Source: Pseudomonadales bacterium
GTDB taxonomy: Bacteria; Pseudomonadota; Gammaproteobacteria; Pseudomonadales; Porticoccaceae
Length of the DNA stretch: 64,000 bases
Assembly: GCA_024234435.1 (NCBI GenBank)
Contig: JACKOF010000002.1
Span: forward strand, 61,695 to 125,694
Direction of reading: 5' to 3'
Part shown: positions 28,000-37,675 of the stretch, piece by piece
How the letters are laid out: each line of letters begins with the position of its first letter
Position numbering within the stretch: the first letter of the stretch is position 1
Notes under the pieces: model-generated
What the model was told of the DNA's origin: nothing
Database searches by the model: none
The model's input: only the letters and a program-made list of their open reading frames with translations
Program-made: the position numbers and the translations under genes

Positions 28000-29496
28000 A
28001 TGAATATCAAAACCATCGCGCCCCTGTTACTCACCACACTGGTTCTGAATACCTATGCGGAAGACAGTGAAGAGTTGCTGATTATTGAAGATGAAGAAAC
28101 ACTGATCATGGAAACAGATCACCATGATTCAGAAACCATCGTACTGGAAGAATCAGGCGAAGTTGGCTCTGAAGACGATATACTCTTGATAGATGACGGC
28201 GCTGATGAACGCGAGATTGTGGAAACGGCACAGGATGTCGACCTACCCCCTTCCACTATTGCACAACACACAGAAGACCGTGCCGAAAAGCCTGACGGGG
28301 AGCTGGTTTTTAAGGCTGACAACCTATGGGCAGAGTACGGTGCTTTCAGCAACAGCAACTCGGCAGCCGATCACCAGGGGTACGCACACGGTCAGGCAAC
28401 CCTGTCGTGGACCGATGGCTCTCAGTGGGAGGTACAGGCCTCGGCCAGAGTGGATGGTTACACCGAGTCCGGCAAGGAAGACTGGCATGATGTCACCATC
28501 GATTACGACGAAACCTTCATTCGCTACAAATCCGAAAGCTCGATTTTAACGGTAGGCGCACAGAAAATCCTCTGGGGACGGATTGATGAGTTCCCACCCA
28601 CCGACCGCCTCAGCACACAGGATTTACGCCGTTTTGTGATTGATGACCTGAAAGACCGCCGTCTTGCCTCAGCTGCCATTCGCTACGAACATTTCTTCGG
28701 CAATAACAAGATTGATCTGATGATTTTGCCCGCTTTCCGTGAAGCGGAATTGCCGGATAAAGACAGCATCTGGTACCCGGTCAATCAACACACCGGTGAG
28801 ATACTGGGGCTAGAAACGACACCTGCTCTTGAAACCCTTATCAAAAGCACCCCGATCAAAAATGATGAGCCCAGTTCGGAAGGCGGCGCTGGCCTTCGTT
28901 TCAGCAGTATCGGCTCCGGTCTGGACTATGGCCTCAGCGTTCAATATGGTCGTCAGACACTACCCTACTTCAGCTATAACGCAACGGACGGTTTAATCGA
29001 AGCACGCTACCCCAGAAGCTGGATTGTTGGCGGCGATATCGGTGTCGAGGCTTTTGGTGGCACCTTGAAATTCGAAGCGGCCTGGCTTGGTGACACACCC
29101 GTCACCAGAATCAACGGAACATTTGACACCGTTGAAAGTGTCAACTGGGGAGCGGCATGGGAAATTTTCCCAGGTGATGGCGACGGCCGCATCAATCTGC
29201 AAATTACCGGCATAAAATTGCTCAACGCTTCTTCTGTGCTGGATAGAACCGAGATTTACGCGTTTAATGGCTCTTATGAAATACCGTTTGCCGACAACCA
29301 GTGGCGCTTTAAAACACGCTTTTTCGCGGGCCTCGACGACAAGGACTTCTACCTCAATCCGGAGCTGGCCTATACCGGCTGGGACGCTCAGGAAATCTAC
29401 TTGGAAGCACACTGGTTTGACGGCGACAATGGCACAGTCGGTGGATTCCATGAAGACAACACATTGCTGACACTGGGCTGGCGAGCGGACTTTTAA
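28000..29496 (+). CDS. Putative outer-membrane beta-barrel protein with an acidic N-terminal region
   Basis: ATG at 28000 with AAGGA upstream. Signal peptide MNIKTIAPLLLTTLVLNTYA. Alternating beta-strand-like sequence. C-terminal beta-signal ending ...LTLGWRADF. Confidence 0.6.
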   Translation: MNIKTIAPLLLTTLVLNTYAEDSEELLIIEDEETLIMETDHHDSETIVLEESGEVGSEDDILLIDDGADEREIVETAQDVDLPPSTIAQHTEDRAEKPDGELVFKADNLWAEYGAFSNSNSAADHQGYAHGQATLSWTDGSQWEVQASARVDGYTESGKEDWHDVTIDYDETFIRYKSESSILTVGAQKILWGRIDEFPPTDRLSTQDLRRFVIDDLKDRRLASAAIRYEHFFGNNKIDLMILPAFREAELPDKDSIWYPVNQHTGEILGLETTPALETLIKSTPIKNDEPSSEGGAGLRFSSIGSGLDYGLSVQYGRQTLPYFSYNATDGLIEARYPRSWIVGGDIGVEAFGGTLKFEAAWLGDTPVTRINGTFDTVESVNWGAAWEIFPGDGDGRINLQITGIKLLNASSVLDRTEIYAFNGSYEIPFADNQWRFKTRFFAGLDDKDFYLNPELAYTGWDAQEIYLEAHWFDGDNGTVGGFHEDNTLLTLGWRADF

Positions 29497-29673
29497 CAGG
29501 AATTAACCATTAACAACGAGAGTAACAACCCAGCTCACACCGAAAAGCTTTATCGCAGCCGACTGGCAGATGAAAGCCAGCCTTATGCTGTTCTGCACTA
29601 CGGCATTGTCGTTTTTGCCAATGACGCATTTGCAAGGCGTCTGGGGCTTGCCAGTGGTCCAGACCTTGAGTCG

Positions 29674-32187
29674 ATGCTGATTCTGGATTTTGTGCCAGAA
29701 CCGGAGCAGAGTCAGGTTCGCAGCTATCTGGATCAGGCAGTACAGACGACTAAAAATGACACGCCTCACGAACAGACCTGCACGTTCAGAGGTGTTGACG
29801 GCCAATCAATACCCGTGCAGCTGCAGGCCTGTAAAACACTTTTCGATGGCGAAGTGGCTGTTGAGCTTCAACTGCAGACGGCAGAAGATCTTACCCTCGC
29901 CAAACGGGTTCGACGTTTGCCCTGGCACCTGTATTTCAGCTTTGTCTGTCTGGCTCTGATTATCACCATACCCAACCTGTTGTTACCAAACCTGAACATC
30001 AACAACACACCATCAACATTTCTTCCTCCAGATGCGCCGTCTATTGTCGCCGACAAAAAGGTCAGGGAAACTTTCCCTGACGATGAAGTGATCGTATTGC
30101 TCTTTGAGGGCGTTGCACTTTTCTCAGACGGCTTCCTCCGCGCCTACCATGCCCTGACAGAATCACTGGAGGAACACCCGTTAATCGATGATGTGGTCAG
30201 CATCAGTCGACAGGATCATATCAGCGCCTCTGAAAACGGATTCCTCGTTGCACCATTGATCAACATTGAAGAACTCGCTGAAACCAGCCCAAAGGAACGC
30301 CTTGCCAAAGCGGTGGGCGACCGGTTTGCCAAAAATTCGCTGGTCGCATCTGACGGATCGGCAATTGCCATGGTGGTCATTCCCCAGGCGCTGAACAACA
30401 GCATCAAACACCTGGCTCTGGAAGAAGATGTACTGGCACTTGTCAGGCAGCATCGCATAAACGGTTACCTTACTGCCATGGCCGGAGAGATCAGTACCGA
30501 TGTGGCCCAAATGCGAATTATTCAGCGGGATAATATGATTTTTATACCCGCCACCGTCATTGCCGGACTGCTACTGATATGGCTATTGTTTCGCCGCGTT
30601 ATTGCTGTGGTAACAACAGGAGTAGCAACCAGTGCCGTTGTTGGTTCGACCCTTGCTTTCTATGTGGTATTCGAGCAACCCTTTAACTCCATTTCCGGGA
30701 TTATTCCACCACTCCTGTCAGCATTGACGATCGCCACCCTGATCCACTTTTACAACGCCCTGCACTACGCTTCCATGCGCGGTCTGTCAGGCAAGCGGCG
30801 CGTTGATTCCGCCCTGCGCGAGGTCAAACGGCCTGCGCTGTTCAGTGCATTGACCACATCAGCAGGTCTGGCTTCACTTGGGCTAAGCCCAATACCGCCG
30901 ATCAAGGTATTTGGTCTGACAGCAGCAGCGGGTGTATTTGTCATTTATTTCATCGTGATTCACTTGCTGCCGCCGATCTTCGCCCGCTTTGACCGGCAGG
31001 AGTGGCCAAACCGGAAATCGGGCCTGCTACTGATCGACAAGCTGGTGCGTGGACTTTTTCACATTGGTATCCGGCAGCCCGTGGTAGTGCTGGTCATGTT
31101 TGTTCTGCTTCTGGGGGCCGGTGTTCCCTATATACTGAAAGTTGACGTCGAAACAGACGTACAGGCATTTTTCCACCCCGGTCACAAGTTGCGCAAGGCA
31201 ACCGAACACATCCAGCAAAAACTGGTTGGCACCATGCCGTTGGAAATCATATTAACCTCGGCAGAACCAGAAGAGCTGATCCAGCCGGAAGTACTGATCT
31301 ACATACGGGAACTCCAGACATGGCTTGAGCAACAACCGGAAGTCGACAAAACAGTGTCCATTGCAGATTTTGTAGAAGAAATGCATTGGGGCTTCAATGC
31401 AGAAAATCCCACCTTCCGAGCAATACCCGACAACCCTGAACTGATCAGTCAGTACCTGTTTGTTTACGATGGTGAAGATCTGTATGACTTTATTGACGAG
31501 GAATACAGCATCGCCCGAATTCCACTGAATCTCAATGTTCATGGCGCTAACGAGATAGGGGAGGTGATGCTTCGCATCAGGCAGCAACTGCAGGAAACCC
31601 TGCCAGCCAATATCAGCTGGGACACTGCCGGGGCCGCGCGCATGTTTTCAGACCAGGAAGACCTTCTCATCAAGGGACAGGTTTACAGCCTGGGCGGCGC
31701 ACTGCTACTGATTTTTGTATTGATGCTGGCCCTGTGGCGATCCCTGAAGGATGCACTGATCTGCATGATTCCCAACCTGTCACCTGTCTTGCTGATTTTC
31801 ATTTTGATGGGGATCATGAGCATCTGGCTGGATATGGCAACGGCCATGATCGCCAGTGTTGCTGTTGGCATTGCCATTGATGACACCATCCACATATATC
31901 ACGGTTTTATCCACCGGGTGCGACGGGGCACCAATCCTGTTATGGCAATGGCCAGAACCTACCGGCAGGCAGGCAGAGCGGTTATGACAACCACTATTAT
32001 CCTCTGCTCACAATTTGTATTGATGCTGGCAAGCGCCTTTGTGCCCATGAACAGTTTCGGACTGCTCACCAGCACAGGTCTGCTGGCGGCGCTGGTATTC
32101 GACTTGCTGCTGTTACCGGCTCTGTTGATTCTGGTTTTTAGAGCAAAATCCTCTAACACACCTGCCCACAGCCAAGCGGCTGCATAA
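29674..32187 (+). CDS. RND-superfamily exporter (MMPL/COG1033-like, 12 TM in two bundles) with an N-terminal PAS domain. The true start may lie upstream (frame open from 29497).
   Basis: Two 6-TM bundles each preceded by a large loop (GEISTDVAQMRIIQRDN; MFSDQEDLLIKGQ; AIDDTIH). A PAS-like sequence precedes the first TM and continues upstream of the first ATG. Confidence 0.85.
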   Translation: MLILDFVPEPEQSQVRSYLDQAVQTTKNDTPHEQTCTFRGVDGQSIPVQLQACKTLFDGEVAVELQLQTAEDLTLAKRVRRLPWHLYFSFVCLALIITIPNLLLPNLNINNTPSTFLPPDAPSIVADKKVRETFPDDEVIVLLFEGVALFSDGFLRAYHALTESLEEHPLIDDVVSISRQDHISASENGFLVAPLINIEELAETSPKERLAKAVGDRFAKNSLVASDGSAIAMVVIPQALNNSIKHLALEEDVLALVRQHRINGYLTAMAGEISTDVAQMRIIQRDNMIFIPATVIAGLLLIWLLFRRVIAVVTTGVATSAVVGSTLAFYVVFEQPFNSISGIIPPLLSALTIATLIHFYNALHYASMRGLSGKRRVDSALREVKRPALFSALTTSAGLASLGLSPIPPIKVFGLTAAAGVFVIYFIVIHLLPPIFARFDRQEWPNRKSGLLLIDKLVRGLFHIGIRQPVVVLVMFVLLLGAGVPYILKVDVETDVQAFFHPGHKLRKATEHIQQKLVGTMPLEIILTSAEPEELIQPEVLIYIRELQTWLEQQPEVDKTVSIADFVEEMHWGFNAENPTFRAIPDNPELISQYLFVYDGEDLYDFIDEEYSIARIPLNLNVHGANEIGEVMLRIRQQLQETLPANISWDTAGAARMFSDQEDLLIKGQVYSLGGALLLIFVLMLALWRSLKDALICMIPNLSPVLLIFILMGIMSIWLDMATAMIASVAVGIAIDDTIHIYHGFIHRVRRGTNPVMAMARTYRQAGRAVMTTTIILCSQFVLMLASAFVPMNSFGLLTSTGLLAALVFDLLLLPALLILVFRAKSSNTPAHSQAAA

Positions 32188-32190
32188 AAA

Positions 32191-32210
32191 AGCCCGCCAT
32201 TCGGCGGGCT
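32191..32210 (-). terminator. Rho-independent terminator between convergent genes
   Basis: AGCCCGCC-ATTC-GGCGGGCT hairpin. The A-run at 32186-32190 gives a U-tract for the minus-strand prsT-like transcript. Confidence 0.7.
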
Positions 32211-32231
32211 TCACAGTACACTTGTTATACC

Positions 32232-35003
32232 CTATTTAAGTGTTTTCAAAAGAGCTGCTGCCTCCTCTTTCTCCGGGAATTCAGCCTTTTCAGCCAGCAA
32301 TGCTTGCAATTGCTGTTTTGCTTTTGCCTCGTTACCCGCCTCTGCCGTAATCATAGCACTGTGATAAAGAAGGGAAGGGTCCCGGGGGAAAATTTCCAGC
32401 GCCCGCTCGATCGAGCGTTGAGCCTTGAGATGGTTGCCGGTTTTCGATTGCACCACTGCCAGCGTATCCAGAGCTGCTGCTGATTTCGGCTCAAGGCGCA
32501 CAGCCTCTTCGGCATACTCAAGAGCACGTTTTGTGTCTGTTTCGCGCAACAGCCAGGCCAGATTATTGAGCGCCAGTAAATTCTGCTTATCTATCGCTAA
32601 CACAGCAGAATATTGTTCCTGAGCGAGTTTTTCTTCATTATCAGTAATGTACAGACGCGCCAGCTCAAGGCGAGCTAACGAATCCTGAGGGTGCTCCTCA
32701 ACCCAGGACTCCTGCAACTGACGGCTCGCCTGGCGATCACCCATACTGAGCATTTGCCTCGCCAGAATCAGCATATTCCTGGTTGAAGGCATCTTCTCGT
32801 GAGCCAGCGCAAAAAGTTCCAATGCTTTTTCCTGTTTCCCATCGAGGCGGTATTTCTCCCCCTCCAGTTGCAGGACTTCGTAATAATCCGGAGCAATCTC
32901 TTTCAATAAAGACAGTTGGTCTTGCACCTCTTTTTTATTTTTCTGCTCGAATAAAAGCTTCGTCAACTCAATGCGCGGTGCCAGATACCCCGGCGATATC
33001 TCAAATGCGGCCCTGAATTCCTTCATCGCCTTGGCTTTATCATTCAGCCCCAAATAAGCTTTTCCCAGATGGAATCTGGCCTGAGGCGCATCAGGACGTG
33101 ATTTGGAAAGCTTTTCAAACGAATTCTTCGCTTCGAAAAACTGACCGCGTTCAAGCTGCGAAAGACCCAGCACATTGATCACATCAGGAAGGTTTCTCTG
33201 GTTTACATCCATATCCCCAAGCGCCACAGGCACCTGTTCTGGCTTGCCCTGAAGAATATGGTAGCGCGCCATTAAGACTTTCAGGTAAGCAGAGCCCGGA
33301 TGTGCCTTCAGCCCTCTCTCCATATAAGCAACCATGGCATCATAGTTTTTATTGATTTCTTCAAGCGCAATCAGTTTTAGCAAAATACCCAGATCATTAT
33401 CGTGATATTTCAGTGCTTCCAGATAATAATTCTTCGCTTGATCCTTCTGATTATCCTTGACTGCCAGAAATGCCAGATTGTGAATGGCTGTCAGGTTTCC
33501 TGGATCAAGATCCAGAGCCTTACCGAACGATACTCGAGCTTCCTGCTCTTTTTGAGAGGCCAGATAAATTCTGCCTCTCAAATTATGGGTAACCTCACTA
33601 TTGGGGTTCTTTTCAGCAAACTTGTCTACAGCCTTCATGGCACCATCGTAATCACCATCACGCAGATGCGCAGCCACAATCAAAATATCGGCCTGTTGCA
33701 GTTCAGGGTTAAGATCCCGCGCGGATTGAATCTGCTGCAGCCCCATTTCCTCCTGCCCGGAAGAGAGCAAACTGGCTCCAAGCCTTAATCTCGCCTCAGC
33801 AGAATCAGGCTGCAGTTTGGCTATCCTGGCGAGAAGATCTATCGATTCCTGCTTTTTGCCCTGCATCATTAAGGCCTTGGCCAGAATGTTCAAGGCGTTG
33901 GCATCGTCTGGAGATTGCTCCAGCAATGGAGTCAATAACTCTTGCGCTTCTTCTGCTTCACCAGACTTCACTTTAAGTCCGGCCAGCAATCGCCGACCGG
34001 CAGCATTGTCGGGCACTATTGATAAAAAGCGGTAGGCAAAATCCTCAGCCTGGCGGAAGTTACCTTCGATATTATGAGCCAGCCCAAGATACAGGAGAGA
34101 CATGGGATACCGGGTTTCAAACTTGCTGCTCACCTCAAAAGAAGAAATGGCATCCTTAAAATTTTGCTCCTGAAAAAAGATTAAACCTTTCAGGTAATAC
34201 ACCCCAGGGTGGTTGGGAACACGTTGTGCAAGCGCCTTAATATCTTTTTCAGCGCCCTCAACATCTCCCAGCTGTAAACGAACCAGAGCCCTTTTGTAAT
34301 AGTCTTCCAGGTTCTTGGAGCCAGCATCTATCGCTTTGCTATAGGATTGTTCAGCCAAGTTCAGTCGGGCTGTCTGGAATTCAATATCCGCCAGCAAGCT
34401 CAAGGCTGGTGCATAACCCGGGTCAATTTCCAGCACATGATTAAGTTTCCGTAACACCTCGTCAAACTGACCATTTGATTGAAGAGCCGTGATTCGTGTA
34501 TCGGCAACAAGTGCAAATGCAGATTGAGGATCTTCCTCAATGGCACGACTCACCAGAGACGCTGCTTCTTCAATCCGTTCCCTGCTCAAAATCCCCAGGC
34601 CCTGCGCCGCGAGCACGAAAGCACGGGAACTGGCAGAAGTGAGATTAGCTACCGGAAGCCCTGCAAGCTTTTCTTTATCTCCCACGGCAAGGTACGCCTC
34701 TGCCAGTAACGGCAAAACATCGTCATGCGACTGCCCGAGCTCCAGAGCCCTATCAAGCTCTTTAATCGCATTTGCATAATCACCTGACTCAAGATAGAGC
34801 TTGCCCAGCAACCAACGGGCTTCTTGATTACCTTCGTCTTTCTGAAGCGTATTCTTAAGCTCGATAGTTGCCGCCTTGCTTTTACCTTCCGAGATAAATT
34901 GCTTGGCATCTTCAAGGTTTTTGGCACCCGTCGGATCACCACTGCAGGCAAACAGCCCAAGGGTGACACAGATTAAAAGAATTTTGTGGAAATATTTGTT
35001 CAT
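32232..35003 (-). CDS. prsT: PEP-CTERM system TPR-repeat lipoprotein (PrsT-like)
   Basis: 923 aa. Lipobox LGLFAC. TPR repeats along the whole length. Adjacent to a PEP-CTERM protein gene and exosortase-associated genes. Confidence 0.8.
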   Translation of the reverse strand: MNKYFHKILLICVTLGLFACSGDPTGAKNLEDAKQFISEGKSKAATIELKNTLQKDEGNQEARWLLGKLYLESGDYANAIKELDRALELGQSHDDVLPLLAEAYLAVGDKEKLAGLPVANLTSASSRAFVLAAQGLGILSRERIEEAASLVSRAIEEDPQSAFALVADTRITALQSNGQFDEVLRKLNHVLEIDPGYAPALSLLADIEFQTARLNLAEQSYSKAIDAGSKNLEDYYKRALVRLQLGDVEGAEKDIKALAQRVPNHPGVYYLKGLIFFQEQNFKDAISSFEVSSKFETRYPMSLLYLGLAHNIEGNFRQAEDFAYRFLSIVPDNAAGRRLLAGLKVKSGEAEEAQELLTPLLEQSPDDANALNILAKALMMQGKKQESIDLLARIAKLQPDSAEARLRLGASLLSSGQEEMGLQQIQSARDLNPELQQADILIVAAHLRDGDYDGAMKAVDKFAEKNPNSEVTHNLRGRIYLASQKEQEARVSFGKALDLDPGNLTAIHNLAFLAVKDNQKDQAKNYYLEALKYHDNDLGILLKLIALEEINKNYDAMVAYMERGLKAHPGSAYLKVLMARYHILQGKPEQVPVALGDMDVNQRNLPDVINVLGLSQLERGQFFEAKNSFEKLSKSRPDAPQARFHLGKAYLGLNDKAKAMKEFRAAFEISPGYLAPRIELTKLLFEQKNKKEVQDQLSLLKEIAPDYYEVLQLEGEKYRLDGKQEKALELFALAHEKMPSTRNMLILARQMLSMGDRQASRQLQESWVEEHPQDSLARLELARLYITDNEEKLAQEQYSAVLAIDKQNLLALNNLAWLLRETDTKRALEYAEEAVRLEPKSAAALDTLAVVQSKTGNHLKAQRSIERALEIFPRDPSLLYHSAMITAEAGNEAKAKQQLQALLAEKAEFPEKEEAAALLKTLK

Positions 35004-35248
35004 ATCAACAATCCATTTGACTTGTTTTTAATACGTTATTCAGGTGCGCACGCTGTGTTATCCAGCGTACGACATAGCTATCTTACATCCAGCAGCAGAA
35101 AACTGTTGCATATAAGCAGCGTTGTGCCTTTTAGCACAACATTCCCGACTGAAATTACCAGATAGAAGTTACCACGAAACAGGGAATTTTTCATAGAGGC
35201 TTTTGCAACACATAAAGCTTGTATCCATAAAATCGACGCATAAAAAAA

Positions 35249-35270
35249 GCGGCCCTGTAAACAGGGCCGC
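35249..35270 (-). terminator. Rho-independent terminator of the PEP-CTERM protein gene
   Basis: GCGGCCCTG-TAAA-CAGGGCCGC hairpin. A7 on the plus strand (35242-35248) gives a U-tract on the minus strand. Confidence 0.8.
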
Positions 35271-35292
35271 CTTCTAATGCCTGACAAATCTA

Positions 35293-36234
35293 TCAGCTTT
35301 GGTGCTTTCTGCGACGCAGACCCAACATCAGCAGCAGGCTACCAGCAAACAGAGCAAGTGTAGCTGGCTCTGGAATCTCTTCAGCCGTAATGGCGAATCT
35401 CAGCTGGAACGCGTTAGTTTGTCCTTCCAGTGTGATCAGACCAATACAGCCATCTTCCGCACCAGCGACCGAACAAACTGCATTATCCAGGAAGCCCAAT
35501 CCTTCTGCCAGCAGATAAACAGTGTACTTAATGAAACCACCACCATCAGCAGGGATCAGGAACTGATCAATCTGGAAGGCGTCGTCATCGGAATCGATCA
35601 CATCAACTTCTGGACCAAGATCCAAACCGCTCAGCGTGAAAATGTCACTACAACCTGTTCCTGGGTTACCTGAAGGGCAGGCATCGCCAGTCAGGGCGTT
35701 ATTGGTTTCCGCAAAATTAATACCAAAGGTAAGCACGCGTGGAGCCAGTGCACCCAGTGGCGGAGCCAGCGCTTCCAGTACCACGTAATCCGTACCAGTG
35801 GCCGTATCCAGTGTCTGGAAAGCATTGCTGATCGCAAAGTTGTTGTGAGCCAGAACCGGGCCAAGTCCAAAATCGGCCAGTTGCAAAACACCATCAGTAC
35901 TGGTTGTTACATTTGAATTAACCAGAGCGTTGGTTGGCTGGGTCGGATCAACACCAGGATTAATAACGATGCTGCTGCGAGGGCTACCGGTAGGGCTACC
36001 CCATGCCAGCTTGGTCACACCAGCGACATTGCTGCCACTTGCACCGCTGGCAAAAATATCATCACCGCCACCACCATTGGTGTCTTCCCAGGCAGTAAAT
36101 TCAAATTCCTGTTCCGAACCCCACTGGGTAATCAGGGGCACGGCGTTTGCGGCAGATACGCCGAAAACAGAGAGTACTGATACCAGAGCTACTTGCTTCA
36201 ATTGTGTTGCTAATTTCATTTTTTCCATCTCCAT
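35293..36234 (-). CDS. PEP-CTERM sorting-domain protein (secreted exosortase substrate)
   Basis: Signal peptide (VALVSVLSVFGVSAANA). The C-terminus IPEPATLALFAGSLLLMLGLRRRKHQS shows PEP motif, TM and Arg cluster. GGAG precedes the third Met, so the start is probably 36219. Confidence 0.9.
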   Translation of the reverse strand: MEMEKMKLATQLKQVALVSVLSVFGVSAANAVPLITQWGSEQEFEFTAWEDTNGGGGDDIFASGASGSNVAGVTKLAWGSPTGSPRSSIVINPGVDPTQPTNALVNSNVTTSTDGVLQLADFGLGPVLAHNNFAISNAFQTLDTATGTDYVVLEALAPPLGALAPRVLTFGINFAETNNALTGDACPSGNPGTGCSDIFTLSGLDLGPEVDVIDSDDDAFQIDQFLIPADGGGFIKYTVYLLAEGLGFLDNAVCSVAGAEDGCIGLITLEGQTNAFQLRFAITAEEIPEPATLALFAGSLLLMLGLRRRKHQS

Positions 36235-36328
36235 TTTAATTTTTCCTGCCCTGTTGCTTCAGCTTAAAAAACAAAATCGCGATCCTTACGTTTACAACAG
36301 AACAGACAAAACACTCAGCTACGAATAA

Positions 36329-36344
36329 TGCACTTTGCATGCCA
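36329..36344 (-). promoter_or_regulatory. Candidate sigma-54 (-24/-12) promoter for the PEP-CTERM protein gene
   Basis: The minus strand reads TGGCAT-GCAAA-GTGCA, with the GG and GC dinucleotides at the canonical spacing. It lies about 95 nt upstream of the ORF start. Confidence 0.55.
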
Positions 36345-36574
36345 AAAAAATAAACCGACAAAAAAAAACACCTAAGATACTGATTTAAAATAGTTTTTTT
36401 AGAATTCGGCCTATCTGAAAAAGCGACATCAACGCCACCCAAACATCAATTGTAAATAATGCTGACAGTCACTTGATAACAAACCCCACCTCATCTCTCA
36501 CCCACCCACAACGGGTATGTTTTTGTCCAGACACGGGCTTTGACGCATTGCCGTATTCTCTCCATAATCCGGCA

Positions 36575-37645
36575 ATGAATATTATCCAACAACTCATTAC
36601 TGCGGCGCACAGTGCCCCCTCTGCCGACAACAGCCAGCCCTGGCACTTTGATTGGGATGGCACCCGGCTGACGGTGAAATATGATTCAGAAAGAGTCGCA
36701 GGAAAAACCTTTCCTCCCGAGAGCCAGGCTACCTTGCTATCCATAGGGGGAAGCATAGAAAACATTTGCACGTTGCTGCACAGCTACGGCCTTGAACCCT
36801 CTGTGCACTGGCCTCCAGCCAGCGGAGATACCTGCCCGTATTATGCACAAATCAGCTTTACGCAGACCAGCGCAAAAGCCTCTGCTCTGGATTCTGACAC
36901 TCTGAAAACTATCCTGAACCGCCACACCAACCGTTTCCCCTACCAAAAAGAACCGCTGAAACATTCGGCTCAACAAAGCATCGAAACGCTTTCCTGTGGA
37001 AACGCAAGGCTGTTATTTATTGAAGAACGGGATCAAAGGAACGGGCTCTGGGAACTGGTGAAATCTGCCACAGAAATACGTTTCCAGACAAAGGAGGTTC
37101 ATGAGTGGCTGGGAGCCAGCCTTCGATTCAAAAAGGACTCTGTAAAAAATTCTGACGGCCTCGACATTGATACACTGGGGCTGCCGCCCGGAGGCAGCCT
37201 GATGCTGCGTGGAATAAGCAACTGGAACCGAATGAAGTGGTTAAACAAACTGGGTATTTACAAGTTGCTGGCAAAAATAGACTCTGCCCCGGTCAGGCAG
37301 GCCCCGGCAATCATTGCCATTGTTGGCCAGAACAATCGCCAGGGCGCTATTGAGGCGGGCCGTCTTCTGGTCCGTTGCTGGAATGCATTGAACGCTCAGG
37401 GTCTCGCGGTACACCCCTATTATGTGGTGTCGGATCAGATCAACAGGCTACAGGAAGGAACGGTTCCCAAAGAGCTAACTGACCAGGCACAGCAAATACA
37501 GCAAAAGTGCAATGGAATTTTCCAGTTAGCAGACTCTGAAACTTTATACATGCTACTTCGAACAGGTTACCCGAAAAAGGAGAAACCGCCTCGCTCCGCA
37601 CGCCTGCCTCTTGAGCAGGTATTTAGCGACCATTCCAAAGCCTGA
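36575..37645 (+). CDS. Nitroreductase-superfamily protein (two-lobed, Acg/Rv1355c-C-terminal-like)
   Basis: Starts MNIIQQLITAAHSAPSADNSQPWHF (nitroreductase N-terminal signature). ATG at 36575; the track start 36473 is an extension. Confidence 0.7.
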   Translation: MNIIQQLITAAHSAPSADNSQPWHFDWDGTRLTVKYDSERVAGKTFPPESQATLLSIGGSIENICTLLHSYGLEPSVHWPPASGDTCPYYAQISFTQTSAKASALDSDTLKTILNRHTNRFPYQKEPLKHSAQQSIETLSCGNARLLFIEERDQRNGLWELVKSATEIRFQTKEVHEWLGASLRFKKDSVKNSDGLDIDTLGLPPGGSLMLRGISNWNRMKWLNKLGIYKLLAKIDSAPVRQAPAIIAIVGQNNRQGAIEAGRLLVRCWNALNAQGLAVHPYYVVSDQINRLQEGTVPKELTDQAQQIQQKCNGIFQLADSETLYMLLRTGYPKKEKPPRSARLPLEQVFSDHSKA

Positions 37646-37675
37646 TAACGTCCAACTCCGTCATGGGAAATGCGG

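Noticed and set aside
29494-29496. The barrel gene and the PAS-RND gene are in the same frame, separated by a single TAA. This raised the possibility of stop-codon read-through or a fusion.
   Set aside because: The barrel ends in a canonical C-terminal Phe beta-signal. Fusing an outer-membrane barrel to an inner-membrane exporter makes no topological sense. The same-frame arrangement is noted only in connection with the missing start codon.
35100-35160. Hairpins upstream of prsT (ACGCTG...CAGCGT and GTTGTGC-CTTTTA-GCACAAC) as possible regulatory RNA or an attenuator
   Set aside because: The stems are short (6-7 bp), with no adjacent U-tract or recognisable riboswitch or leader-peptide features. 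The evidence is insufficient.
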